From Fimbriimonadales bacterium (GTDB lineage: Bacteria > Armatimonadota > Fimbriimonadia > Fimbriimonadales > JABRVX01), in NCBI GenBank assembly GCA_045862955.1, contig BTVI01000015.1, positions 1 to 64,000 of the forward strand: a stretch of 64,000 nucleotides of DNA, read 5' to 3'. Each line of letters begins with the position of its first letter. Positions within the stretch are counted from its first letter, which is position 1. Below are positions 25,725 through 35,111 of this stretch, piece after piece. A program made the position numbers and the translations under genes. The notes under the pieces were generated by a model that saw nothing but the letters and a program-made list of their open reading frames with translations, did not search any database and was not told where the DNA came from.

Positions 25725-26843
25725 GTGTATCAACCGCCTCTACCAGCGGAATACGTCTCGCTATCGGAGTCCGAGACCCATGAGCGCATCCAGGCCGCAC
25801 GGCAGGCCCTCGGCAGCCGCTTGGTCATCTTGGGTCATCACTACCAGCGCGACGACATCATACGATACGCCGATTACCGGGGAGACAGCTACAAGCTGTG
25901 CCGGGACGCCGCCGCTCGACCCGAAGCGGATTACATCGTGTTCTGCGGAGTGCACTTCATGGCAGAGAGTGCCGACATTCTGTCCGCAGACCACCAGATC
26001 GTCATCTTGCCCAACCTTTCGGCAGGATGCAGCATGGCCGACATGGCCAACACCTTTCAGGTTCGGCAGGCATGGAGGCAGCTCGGCGAGGTCACGGACA
26101 TCGAGCGGGTGGTCCCGATCACGTACATGAACTCCGCCGCCGCCCTCAAGGCCTTCGTCGGTGAGCGCGGTGGCGCCGTGTGCACCAGCTCCAACGCCTC
26201 GAAGGTGCTGTCCTGGGCACTGGGGCGGGGCGACAAGGTGCTGTTCTTCCCGGATCAGCATCTCGGTCGCAACACCGCCGTGCGCATGGGTTTCGACCTG
26301 GACCGCGACATGCTGGTGTGGGATCCCGATCTGCCTTTGGGAGGCAACACGCCCGAGCGCATCCGCGAAGCCACGTTCCTGCTGTGGAAAGGTCACTGCT
26401 CCGTGCACATGCGCTTCACGCTAGAGCAGGTCCAACTCGCACGCAAGGTCCACCCCGGTATCAACGTCGTCGTGCACCCCGAGTGCACTAAGGACGTGGT
26501 GGATGCGGCCGACTGCTTCGGCTCCACCGAGTTCATCATCAAGACCGTGTCGGCAGGCGCCCCGGGCTCCAAGTGGGCTATCGGCACGGAGATCAACCTG
26601 GTCAAGCGGCTGGCAGATGAGAACCCCGACAAGCTGATCTTCTGCCTCGATCCCATCACCTGCCCCTGCAGCACCATGTACCGCATACACCCTTCGTTCC
26701 TCCTGTGGGTGCTGGAGAACCTGGCGGCCGGACGCGTCGTCAACCGCATCGAGGTCCCTCCGCAGACGAAGCGCCACGCGCTGCAAGCGCTCCAACGCAT
26801 GGTGACCATCACCGAGCAGTCAGCCGCCGCCTCCGCTATCTGA
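25725..26843 (+). CDS. nadA: Quinolinate synthase
   Basis: LGHHYQ, FCGVHFMAESA, AGCSMADM, YMNS, CTSSNA, PDQHLGRN, GHCSVH, HPEC, CPCSTM. Confidence 0.96.
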   Translation: MYQPPLPAEYVSLSESETHERIQAARQALGSRLVILGHHYQRDDIIRYADYRGDSYKLCRDAAARPEADYIVFCGVHFMAESADILSADHQIVILPNLSAGCSMADMANTFQVRQAWRQLGEVTDIERVVPITYMNSAAALKAFVGERGGAVCTSSNASKVLSWALGRGDKVLFFPDQHLGRNTAVRMGFDLDRDMLVWDPDLPLGGNTPERIREATFLLWKGHCSVHMRFTLEQVQLARKVHPGINVVVHPECTKDVVDAADCFGSTEFIIKTVSAGAPGSKWAIGTEINLVKRLADENPDKLIFCLDPITCPCSTMYRIHPSFLLWVLENLAAGRVVNRIEVPPQTKRHALQALQRMVTITEQSAAASAI

Positions 26844-26943
26844 ATCGCTTCGCGCATCCTCGCGCTCGTCATCCTGAACCCCGTCGAAGCACGTCGCCAC
26901 GAACCGCGAACTCCTGGATACAGAGGCCAAAGGGCGGGGAGAG

Positions 26944-26982
26944 AAAAAAAGGGAGGCCTGTCCCGCTGCTGCGGGACAGGCC
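26944..26982 (-). terminator. Intrinsic terminator of PEP-CTERM gene
   Basis: GGCCTGTCCCGC-AGCA-GCGGGACAGGCC hairpin followed on the minus strand by TCCCTTTTTTT. Confidence 0.8.
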
Positions 26983-27016
26983 AATCTACTTTCAGGTCTA
27001 CTGTAGACCCAGTTGT

Positions 27017-27706
27017 TTACTTGCGGCGGCGCAGAGCCAGAAGGCCCACGAGACCGGTTGCGATCGCAGCGATGCTGCCCGGCTCGGGGACGATCTTGAT
27101 GTAGTTGTCCGTGATGTCCACGGAAGCGCCGACGCCGTCCAGAATGCGGGTCGAAAGGCCCGTACCGGTGTTGCGATTGTCGAATTTCCAATCGAGGACC
27201 TGGCCGGGAAGCCCAGGGCCGCAGACGAAGTCGAACAGCATGACGTCCCAGTTCTTCGCCTTCGATGACTGGCCCGACACACCGATCAGCGAGTACACGC
27301 CGCGGTTCGTGACGAACGGCTTGGTGCTGTCACCGGGGTCGACGGCCCAGTCGTACATCGGGCCATAGTCAGGCTGCCAGTGGATCTTGACCGGGAACTG
27401 CGTGCCAGGAACGAGCTTGGAGTTGACCTCGGCGTCCCAAGTGTTGGCATCCGCGTCGGTCATGATCTGGTTGCCTTCGAGATCCAACGTGATCTGCATC
27501 GTGCCCCACTGGAACGGCGGGTTAGTGTCCAGATCGTTGAAGTGGAACCAGATCTCGATTAGGTCGCCGGGGTTGGCCATAACCGCGCCCGCGTTGCTCA
27601 TGCCGGTCGTAGCGTTCTTGAAGTAGAGCCTTGCCTCGTACGCTGCGAAGGAGCTGGTCGCCAGCGCCATCGCCAGTCCGAGGACTACCGTGTTTCGAAT
27701 GCTCAT
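27017..27706 (-). CDS. PEP-CTERM surface protein (paralog A; possibly cohesin-like fold)
   Basis: Signal peptide; C-terminus VPEPGSIAAIATGLVGLLALRRRK. Confidence 0.88.
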   Translation of the reverse strand: MSIRNTVVLGLAMALATSSFAAYEARLYFKNATTGMSNAGAVMANPGDLIEIWFHFNDLDTNPPFQWGTMQITLDLEGNQIMTDADANTWDAEVNSKLVPGTQFPVKIHWQPDYGPMYDWAVDPGDSTKPFVTNRGVYSLIGVSGQSSKAKNWDVMLFDFVCGPGLPGQVLDWKFDNRNTGTGLSTRILDGVGASVDITDNYIKIVPEPGSIAAIATGLVGLLALRRRK

Positions 27707-27866
27707 GATGATCGGAGACTCCTTTTTCTAAGCAACTAAGACCAACTCAGAGCAGGACATTGCCAATCAAACAACGCGACTCGGAGAAGGCCGTCTCCGG
27801 GCCACACCCAAACATAGTCTCTCGGAGCGGAACGGACTGCCCGACTGCTCGGACAATCTCGAACAC

Positions 27867-27895
27867 ATGATACCAGCACTTTGGCCGAATGTCAA
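27867..27895 (-). promoter_or_regulatory. Near-consensus sigma70 promoter for paralog A
   Basis: TTGACA-N17-TATCAT on the minus strand. Confidence 0.7.
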
Positions 27896-28141
27896 CTAGA
27901 AAATCGTTCATTGTCGGTTCGGTTTCCGCGATCGGCGGGTCCGGCGCACACTTTCTTCTGACATCCAGAAAATACGTCCGGCTACTGGGCCTACTGGGGG
28001 CTGCGCCAGATTTTCCCGTGTCCCAACGACCCAGACTCAGCACAGCGCGTGCCTATCCGCTGAAGGATATGCTGGAATCGCCTTCTGGCCGCATCGGATG
28101 GGCCTAGCCTTGGACCGCGCCGGGGCAGGGTCGGGGCCTAC

Positions 28142-29350
28142 TGGGTTTCCGCCCTCGCGTGAATGACGCGGTGTGCTCGATGCCCCGGCCCGCTTCCGCC
28201 GGCCCAGATTGCCACGCAGAGAACGCAACGAGAGCCGCAGAGATCGCAGCCACCGAAAGGCGGCGTGAGGACAACGGTTCCCCCTGCAGCCCTGCGGAAG
28301 GGGGAACCTTAAGGAGGGGGTCCCCCTTGAGGATCTGCGGAAGGGGGAACCTTAACGAACGGTTCCCCCTGCAGCCCTGCGGAAGGGGGAACCTTAAGGA
28401 GGGGGTCCCCCTTGAGGATCTGCGGAAGGGGGAAACTTAACGAACGGTTCCCCCTGCAGCCCTGCGGAAGGGGGAACCTTAAGGAGGGGGTCCCTTCCCC
28501 CGGCCCGCGTCCGCCGGCCCAGCACCTACCGAAGGCTTGCCTCGCCCCCAAGGACCGCGCCGGGGCAACTGCGGCGCTTGCGCCGTCCTGGCGATCCTTT
28601 GGCCGGCCGAGCAGTGCGGCTCTGGCTCTCGTGGCAAGAACCCCCTCCCCAGCTTCGCAGGCCCTCCCCCTTCCGCAAGGCCTCCAGGGGGAGGGGCTAT
28701 TCTCTATGCCCCGACCCGCCTCTCCAGATTGCCGCGCAGAGAACGCAACGAGAGCCGCAGAGATCGCAGCCACCGAAAGGCGGCGTGAGGACAACGGTTC
28801 CCCCTGCAGCCCTGCGGAAGGGGGAACCTTAAGGAGGGGTTCCCCCTGCAGCCCTGCGGAAGGGGGAACCTTAACGAACGGTTCCCCCTGCAGCCCTGCG
28901 GAAGGGGGAACCTTAAGGAGGGGGTCCCTTCCCCCGGCCCGCTTCCGCCGACCAGCAACTGCCGCCGGCATGCCTCGACCCCAAGGACCGCGCCGGGGCA
29001 ACTGCGGCGCTTGCGCCGTCCTGGCGATCCTTTGGCCGGCCGAGCAGTGCGGCTCCGGCTCTCGTGGCAAGAACCCCCTCCCCAGCTTCGCAGCCCCTCC
29101 CCCTTCCGCAGAGCCTCCAGGGGGAGGGGCTATTCTCTATGCCCGACCCGCCTCTCCAGATTGCCGCGCAGAGAACGCAACGAGAGCCGCAGAGATCGCA
29201 GTCACCGAAAGGCGGCGTGAGGACAACGGTTCCCCCTGCAGCCCTGCGGAAGGGGGAACCTTAAGGAGGGGGTCCCTTCCCCCGGCCCGCGTCCGCCGGC
29301 CCAGCACGAACCGAAGGCTTGCCTCGCCCCCAAGGACCGCGCCGGGGCCT
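28142..29350. repeat. Nested REP/BIME-like mosaic: three macro-units carrying 5, 3 and 1 palindromic hairpin modules
   Basis: Macro-units begin CCAGATTGCC at ~28204, ~28724 and ~29156; hairpin module GGTTCCCCCTGCAGCCCTGCGGAAGGGGGAACC; inverted variants at ~28661 and ~29093. Confidence 0.9.
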
Positions 29351-29484
29351 CGCCCCCCAACCCGCAGAAGTTCTATGCTCTCTCAGCGGCGCCAGACCGC
29401 GAGTCCAGCCAGAGCCCATAGCAGTCCCGTCCCGTGACTCGTTTGTTCTCCTCCAAGCGAACCGCAGAGGTACGCAAGATAGAA

Positions 29485-29507
29485 GGCCCCGACCGGAGGC
29501 CGGGGCC
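29485..29507 (-). terminator. Probable terminator of paralog B
   Basis: GGCCCCG...CGGGGCC hairpin followed on the minus strand by TTCTATCTT. Confidence 0.55.
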
Positions 29508-29575
29508 AAACTAGTCTCAGACTATTCGCGAACGATTACGACGAACCGCACGCGATTCCTAGGAATCGCAGGCGA

Positions 29576-30286
29576 CTACTTCCGGCGGCGCAGGGCGAGA
29601 AGCCCGACCAGGCCAGTGGCAATCGCAGCGAAGGTGGACGGCTCGGGGACGATCTTGATGTAGTTATCGGTGATCTTAACCGAGGCGCCCTGATAGTCGA
29701 GGATTCGAGTCGACAGGCCGGTACCGGTGAGCCGGTTCTCGAACGCCCAGTGGAGCTCCTCGTTCGCGACGGCGCCGCCTGCCACGGTAAACGTGAAGAG
29801 CGTCTTGCTGAAGTTCCACGAAGGCGTCTTGTTGCCAGCGACACCGATCAGCGCATAGAGGCCCTTCGTCGCGACCTTCGGATACGTGTTATCGCTCGGG
29901 TCCACGGCGTTGTCGTACATGTCGCCGTAGTCCGGCTGCCAGAACACCTTAATCGGGAAGTTCGTCGGCGGAGTCAGAACGGCGCCGATCTGGGTAGCCC
30001 AGGTGTTTGCGTCGGCGTCGGTCATGATGGTCTTGCCGTCCAGAATGATGGTCGCCTGGAAGGTTCCCCACTTCTCCGTGTTGCCGGTCGTGTCATCCGC
30101 GAGGAAGAAATACTTGATGGCGATCTGGTCGCCGGGGGCAGCCAACAACGCACCAGCGTTGCTCGTACCCTTGGTAACGTTCTCGAACCACAGGCGAACC
30201 TGATAGCCTGCAAAGCTCGGGGCGGTCAGTAGCGCGGCGAGGGCGCCGGCAACCACGACGTTTCGGATCTTCATGTGTCGGTCCAC
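29576..30286 (-). CDS. PEP-CTERM surface protein (paralog B; possibly cohesin-like fold)
   Basis: Signal peptide; shares IMTDADANTW, WQPDYG.MYD.AVDP, TGTGLSTRILD and ITDNYIKIVPEP with paralog A. Confidence 0.88.
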   Translation of the reverse strand: MDRHMKIRNVVVAGALAALLTAPSFAGYQVRLWFENVTKGTSNAGALLAAPGDQIAIKYFFLADDTTGNTEKWGTFQATIILDGKTIMTDADANTWATQIGAVLTPPTNFPIKVFWQPDYGDMYDNAVDPSDNTYPKVATKGLYALIGVAGNKTPSWNFSKTLFTFTVAGGAVANEELHWAFENRLTGTGLSTRILDYQGASVKITDNYIKIVPEPSTFAAIATGLVGLLALRRRK

Positions 30287-30423
30287 TCCTTCTTTCCCAA
30301 ACTGATTAGCTGTCTTGTGGACCTACTGTCGGAGGTCCATCCAGAAACAAGACAAAGTATGTTGGACTTCCTCAAGCGCGGCCGCGCTGCGACCCTTTGG
30401 GAACGCTTGCGTCGTCCGCCAAT

Positions 30424-30452
30424 AGGATAGCACGGTTTTTCCGATCTGTCAA
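30424..30452 (-). promoter_or_regulatory. Sigma70 promoter for paralog B
   Basis: TTGACA-N17-TATCCT with extended TG on the minus strand. Confidence 0.65.
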
Positions 30453-30528
30453 CGAGATTCTGCAGGAAAACCCGGAAGATCGCGTAGCGGACCCCGTTTC
30501 GGGCCCGAAAAGGTGCCCCGTGCGCCCC

Positions 30529-31638
30529 TCAGAGCTTGCGCAGAATCACAATCAGGCTCAACAAGATCCATGCATAGTTGATGGCTTCACCCACCGAAAT
30601 AGGCTTCGGCGGGAAGGGAACCACGACCGTATCTCCAGCCCTCAGCTCCACATCCGAAGCCTGGCCGCGTAGAACCGCGTTCACGTTCACCTTGATCGTC
30701 TGCTCGCGTCCGCCCTCGATCCGCTTCACCTCGACGCGGTCCAGCCGAGCCGACTGCAGCGGCCGCCCCGCCCCGTACAGCGCCTCGGTCACGGTCATCT
30801 TGTCCTTGTACGGCACCAGCCCCGGATTGCCCACCGCCCCCCGAACCATCACGTACGAGGATGCTGCGAGCATAGGTACGAAGACCTGGTCTCCGGAAGC
30901 AATCGGTGCGTTCCCCCCTACCTGAGTTAGGTTGATCTCCAGGGTCCGGCCGTCGGACTTTTGGACGCGGATGCGCGTTAGGTCGGCATCCGCCTTCGTT
31001 CCGCCGGCAGCCTTCAGAGCGTCCGCGAGGGTCATGTTCTCGGTGTGCTTGACGATCCCCGGCTTCAACACCGCGCCCAGCACGGTGACCTCCTGCAGGG
31101 ACGGCCGAATGGCTACGTAAACCTTCGACCCTGCAGGAACCGCCGGATTGCCCGCCGCGCGACCTTCCGTCTGATAGGCCCGGTAGTCCACGACCTGCAC
31201 CGTTCCGTCCGGCAGCGTGAGGCGCACGGCAGACAGGTCGGCGTTCTGCGTCGGCTGCGCCTGCTTCAGGAGGTCGTCCAGTGTCGATGTTGCGGAGACC
31301 GCATAGTCACCCGCCTTCTGAACGGCTCCGGTCACCGAGGCGGTCTTGGGTGCCTCACCGGATAGCCTGACTGTGACTCGGGGGTCTAGCAACACCCGCT
31401 GATCCGCGAGAATCTTGCGGATCTTGGCCGCTGCCGCGTCGAACGTCATGCCCACGACCTCGACGGCGCCGATGAATGGCATCAGGATCGTGCCGTCTGC
31501 GCTCACCACGTACTCGCCGGTCAACTCCTTGCTGTCTGCAACCGCCACCGTCAGTTTGTCCCCCACCGCGATCTTCTGCTGGGCAGACGACGCCGTGCAC
31601 AGGCCTATCAAGAGCAGCCCGATCAACCAAATTCTCAT
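30529..31638 (-). CDS. Second polysaccharide export protein (Poly_export + SLBB repeats)
   Basis: VGDKLTVAV...DGTILMPFIGAVEVVG and three SLBB repeats; same architecture as 61-1185. Confidence 0.85.
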   Translation of the reverse strand: MRIWLIGLLLIGLCTASSAQQKIAVGDKLTVAVADSKELTGEYVVSADGTILMPFIGAVEVVGMTFDAAAAKIRKILADQRVLLDPRVTVRLSGEAPKTASVTGAVQKAGDYAVSATSTLDDLLKQAQPTQNADLSAVRLTLPDGTVQVVDYRAYQTEGRAAGNPAVPAGSKVYVAIRPSLQEVTVLGAVLKPGIVKHTENMTLADALKAAGGTKADADLTRIRVQKSDGRTLEINLTQVGGNAPIASGDQVFVPMLAASSYVMVRGAVGNPGLVPYKDKMTVTEALYGAGRPLQSARLDRVEVKRIEGGREQTIKVNVNAVLRGQASDVELRAGDTVVVPFPPKPISVGEAINYAWILLSLIVILRKL

Positions 31639-31880
31639 CCCGACCTCCTACCTACCGATTGTGCGGTCGGCTCACCCATTCCTGCCGTTGCCAGGCGCTA
31701 GTTTCGCCGTCCCTGCGACGATGGTGCACGGCGGGATTACCCGGGACCGCCAAAGGCTGTATGGCTCCGGCTCCCGGCCCGGTCACTGGGAAGCGTGCTC
31801 CCGCTTGCGTACAGGTCGGTGACGGCGCCGGGGCTGCCTGCCAGATGACGTGCACCTCTGGCCAAGATACAATCCCACAC

Positions 31881-33218
31881 GTGCACAACGACACGATTGC
31901 AGCTATCGCTACGCCCGCGGGTATGGGAAGCATCGGAATCGTGCGGCTCTCGGGCCCCGAAGCGTTCCCAATCGTGCGGGGGCTCTTCCAGGGCCCCGAT
32001 ATCCGGCCTGGGCACATCGCACACGGCACGTTGCGCGGCCCGGATGGCGAAATGGTGGACGAAGTGGTCCTGCTACCCTACGCAGCCCCCCATAGCTACA
32101 CGGGTGAGGATATCGTGGAGATCTGTTGTCACGGAGGCGTCGCGTGCCCGCCTGCAGTCTTGCGTCTATGCCTGGAAGCCGGAGCGCGCATGGCCGATCC
32201 CGGTGAGTTCACGCAACGCGCTTTCCTCAACGGAAAGCTGGACTTAGCTCAGGCCGAAGCGGTGTGCGACCTAATCTGCGCGACCGCCGAGGCGCAGCGA
32301 CGACTCGCGACGCGCCAGCTCCAGGGCGAACTGAGCCGTGCGGTCCGGTCAATTGCCGACCGCCTCACGGCGGTAATCGCCGCTGCCGAGGCCGCCGTAG
32401 ACTTCGCCGAAGAGATCGGCGAACTGGATTCCCGGCACGCCCTGGATGAACTTACGCAGGCGCATGCCGCTATTCAGCAGCTTCGCGCGAGCTACCATCA
32501 GGGGCGAATGATTCGCGAAGGTGTTGTCATCGCCATCGTGGGCCTGCCCAACGTAGGAAAGTCCAGCCTGCTCAACGCACTCCTCGGTACCGAACGAGCC
32601 ATCGTCACGGACATCCCTGGCACGACGCGCGATACCATCGAGGACCGTATTTTGCTGGATGGCGTGCCGGTAACACTCTGGGACACGGCGGGCCTGCGCG
32701 AGGCAACGGACCCGGTGGAGCAGATCGGCGTCCGGCGCACCGAGGAAGCTATCGAGCGCGCGGACTACCTGCTGCTCGTCCTCAGCCCCGATGATTGGCA
32801 ACACCCGGCTAACGCGGAGCTCGCCCGCGTGCAGGGCGCCGGTCGCACGCTGGTGGTTATGAACCAGATCGATCGTGGTGCTGTCGTGGAAGCATCTGCG
32901 ATATTCCCCGACGCCATCCCCGTTTCCGCTCGGACCGGCTCGGGGATCGACCGGCTCCGGTCGGCGATGCGCGAGAGGATGCTGGCAGGCGCGCCACCCG
33001 ACTCGGCCCTGGTAAGCCGAGAGAGGCACTCGAAGGCTCTAGCGGACGCACAAGCGGCGGTCGAGGCGGCTCTACGGACCCTCGGAGAGGACATGCCCTC
33101 CGACTTCGTGACCATCCATCTGCGTGAGGCTCTGGACGCATTAGGCCTCATCACCGGCGAGACGGTCACGGCCGACATCGTCGAGCGCATCTTCGCCGAC
33201 TTCTGCGTAGGCAAGTAG
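31881..33218 (+). CDS. mnmE: tRNA modification GTPase MnmE
   Basis: DTIAAIATP, SYTGEDIVEICCHGG, GLPNVGKSSLLN, GTTRD, DTAG, C-terminal FCVGK; start trimmed to GTG 31881. Confidence 0.96.
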   Translation: MHNDTIAAIATPAGMGSIGIVRLSGPEAFPIVRGLFQGPDIRPGHIAHGTLRGPDGEMVDEVVLLPYAAPHSYTGEDIVEICCHGGVACPPAVLRLCLEAGARMADPGEFTQRAFLNGKLDLAQAEAVCDLICATAEAQRRLATRQLQGELSRAVRSIADRLTAVIAAAEAAVDFAEEIGELDSRHALDELTQAHAAIQQLRASYHQGRMIREGVVIAIVGLPNVGKSSLLNALLGTERAIVTDIPGTTRDTIEDRILLDGVPVTLWDTAGLREATDPVEQIGVRRTEEAIERADYLLLVLSPDDWQHPANAELARVQGAGRTLVVMNQIDRGAVVEASAIFPDAIPVSARTGSGIDRLRSAMRERMLAGAPPDSALVSRERHSKALADAQAAVEAALRTLGEDMPSDFVTIHLREALDALGLITGETVTADIVERIFADFCVGK

Positions 33219-33263
33219 CCCGTCGCGCCTGGTTGCGAACCCGGAGGGCAACCCTACACCCAC

Positions 33264-34052
33264 ATGGAACGTAGTGGAGACGTGGGCATTCCAACGAGTC
33301 CGACTGACTATCTGGACCTGGGCGACCGTCCTCACCGGACGGGGCGCACGGGTGTCAACTACCGCACCACGCTCGTCGTCGCTTCGCTCGCTGCGATGTT
33401 CCTGTGGTACTGGCCCATAGGCCGGATGCTCATCAGCCCCGTCACCATCCTGAACACCTTCATCCACGAGTACATGCACGCCCTTGCGGCATGGGCCTCG
33501 GAAGGCAGCGTGTCCCACATCATCGTGTATCCCAACGCTAGCGGGGTCACGCACATCACGGGCGGTCAGATCTGGCTCATCGCTCCTGCAGGGTACGTGG
33601 GTTCTGCAGTGATGGGAGCTCTCTTGCTCGTGCTTTCCCATCGCGAGCGGCTCGTGCGCTGGCTTCTGGGCTTCTTCGCAGCCTCGGTGGCGTTGGGCAT
33701 GATCGTGCTGGTCCGTGGAGAGGCGCTCCCGGTTGCCATCGGAATCACCAGCGTGGTAGCAATCTTCGCCGGAGCGAAGTGGCTCCCGACCGGCGGAGTG
33801 GTCTTCCTAGCGCAGTTCGTTGCAATCCAGCAGTGCGCTGCCTCGTTCCAGGCGTTCTACTGGCTCTTCAAGGCCACGGAGGGGTACGGAACACCTAGCG
33901 ACGCAACGCGAATGGCTCAGGTGACCGGTCTGCCCGCAGGGCTCTGGGCGGCCTCGTGGTGTGCCTTCAGCGCTGCGCTGGTTTACTTCGCCATCCGCTA
34001 CACTTGGCGCTCAGCCGGACGAGAGGAACCTCGCAGGAAATCGCGCACGTAG
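33264..34052 (+). CDS. M50B-like membrane metallopeptidase
   Basis: FIHEYMHALAA (HExxH), APAGY, SDA motif, multiple TM segments. Confidence 0.82.
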   Translation: MERSGDVGIPTSPTDYLDLGDRPHRTGRTGVNYRTTLVVASLAAMFLWYWPIGRMLISPVTILNTFIHEYMHALAAWASEGSVSHIIVYPNASGVTHITGGQIWLIAPAGYVGSAVMGALLLVLSHRERLVRWLLGFFAASVALGMIVLVRGEALPVAIGITSVVAIFAGAKWLPTGGVVFLAQFVAIQQCAASFQAFYWLFKATEGYGTPSDATRMAQVTGLPAGLWAASWCAFSAALVYFAIRYTWRSAGREEPRRKSRT

Positions 34053-34115
34053 CTCGTATCCCGTCCTCGGGTCGGCGGTGCGCCGCACGACCTTTTACGA
34101 ACCCGGAGGAAGCCC

Positions 34116-35111
34116 ATGCTGAACATCGGCATCGTGGGCCTCGGCAACATGGGCCGAGTCCACGCTCGCCATTACCGAACCATCCCTGAAGCCAAACTGG
34201 CGGCCGTGTACGACGTGAAGAACGAACGCCTCCAGCCCTTCGCGAGCGAATATGGCGGTGAGCCCGCCGCGTCGTTCGAAGAGTTGCTCCGACGCTGCGA
34301 TGCGGTGGACATCTGCACCCCCACGCCGACACACAGGCAGCTCGCCCTCCAGGCACTGGATGCAGGCAAACACGTCATTTGCGAGAAGCCGATGTGCCTC
34401 ACGGTAGAGGAGTGTCGCGAGGTGGCTGCGGCGGCAGAGCGAGCACGCCGGGTGTTCATGCCGGCCCACGTGCTCCGCTTCTTCCCGGAGTTCGCGTTGG
34501 CGCACCGCCTGGTGAAGGATGGCGAGGTGGGCTCGCCTGCAGCCATTCGCACCCACCGAGGCGGCCCGTTTCCGAAGTGGAGCAGCGGGTGGTTCGGTGA
34601 CTACAGTCAGAGCGGTGGCGTGTTGCTGGACCTAGTGATCCACGACTTCGACTGGCTGCGCTGGACCTTCGGCGAGGTGGAGCGCGTGTTCGCCAAGGCG
34701 CTCGTGCATCGCAACATCCCGCAGTGCGATTACGCCCTAACCACTCTGAAATTCCGCTCCGGCGCCGTTGCCCACGTCGAGGGCACGTGGGCCGATCCCG
34801 GCGGCTTCCGCGTGTGGTTCGAGATTGCGGGCGATGGCGGATTCGTGGAGTACGACTCCCGTGACAACCCTACTTTCAGCATCGCCAAACGTTCGACGGA
34901 CGACACGCCCGTCGTCCCGCAGCGCGAGAGTCCCCTGATGCCCCACGACGATCCCTACCGGCAAGAGCTCGCACACTTCGTGGAGTGCGTCACCACGGGG
35001 CGGCAACCCGACATCAACGCGGAAGATGGATTGCGAGCCGTGGCAATATCCAGAGCGGCGCTGGAGAGCGCCCGCACTGGCGAGCCAGTTGGTTTGGGAG
35101 GTGGACAGTGA
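34116..35111 (+). CDS. Gfo/Idh/MocA oxidoreductase
   Basis: GIVGLGNMG, GKHVICEKP, GGVLLDLVIHDFD. Confidence 0.92.
   Translation: MLNIGIVGLGNMGRVHARHYRTIPEAKLAAVYDVKNERLQPFASEYGGEPAASFEELLRRCDAVDICTPTPTHRQLALQALDAGKHVICEKPMCLTVEECREVAAAAERARRVFMPAHVLRFFPEFALAHRLVKDGEVGSPAAIRTHRGGPFPKWSSGWFGDYSQSGGVLLDLVIHDFDWLRWTFGEVERVFAKALVHRNIPQCDYALTTLKFRSGAVAHVEGTWADPGGFRVWFEIAGDGGFVEYDSRDNPTFSIAKRSTDDTPVVPQRESPLMPHDDPYRQELAHFVECVTTGRQPDINAEDGLRAVAISRAALESARTGEPVGLGGGQ

Noticed and set aside
28309..29437. ORFs of 341 aa (+) and 253 aa (-) in the repeat mosaic
   Set aside because: They are translations of GC-rich palindromic repeats, with no RBS or domain signal.
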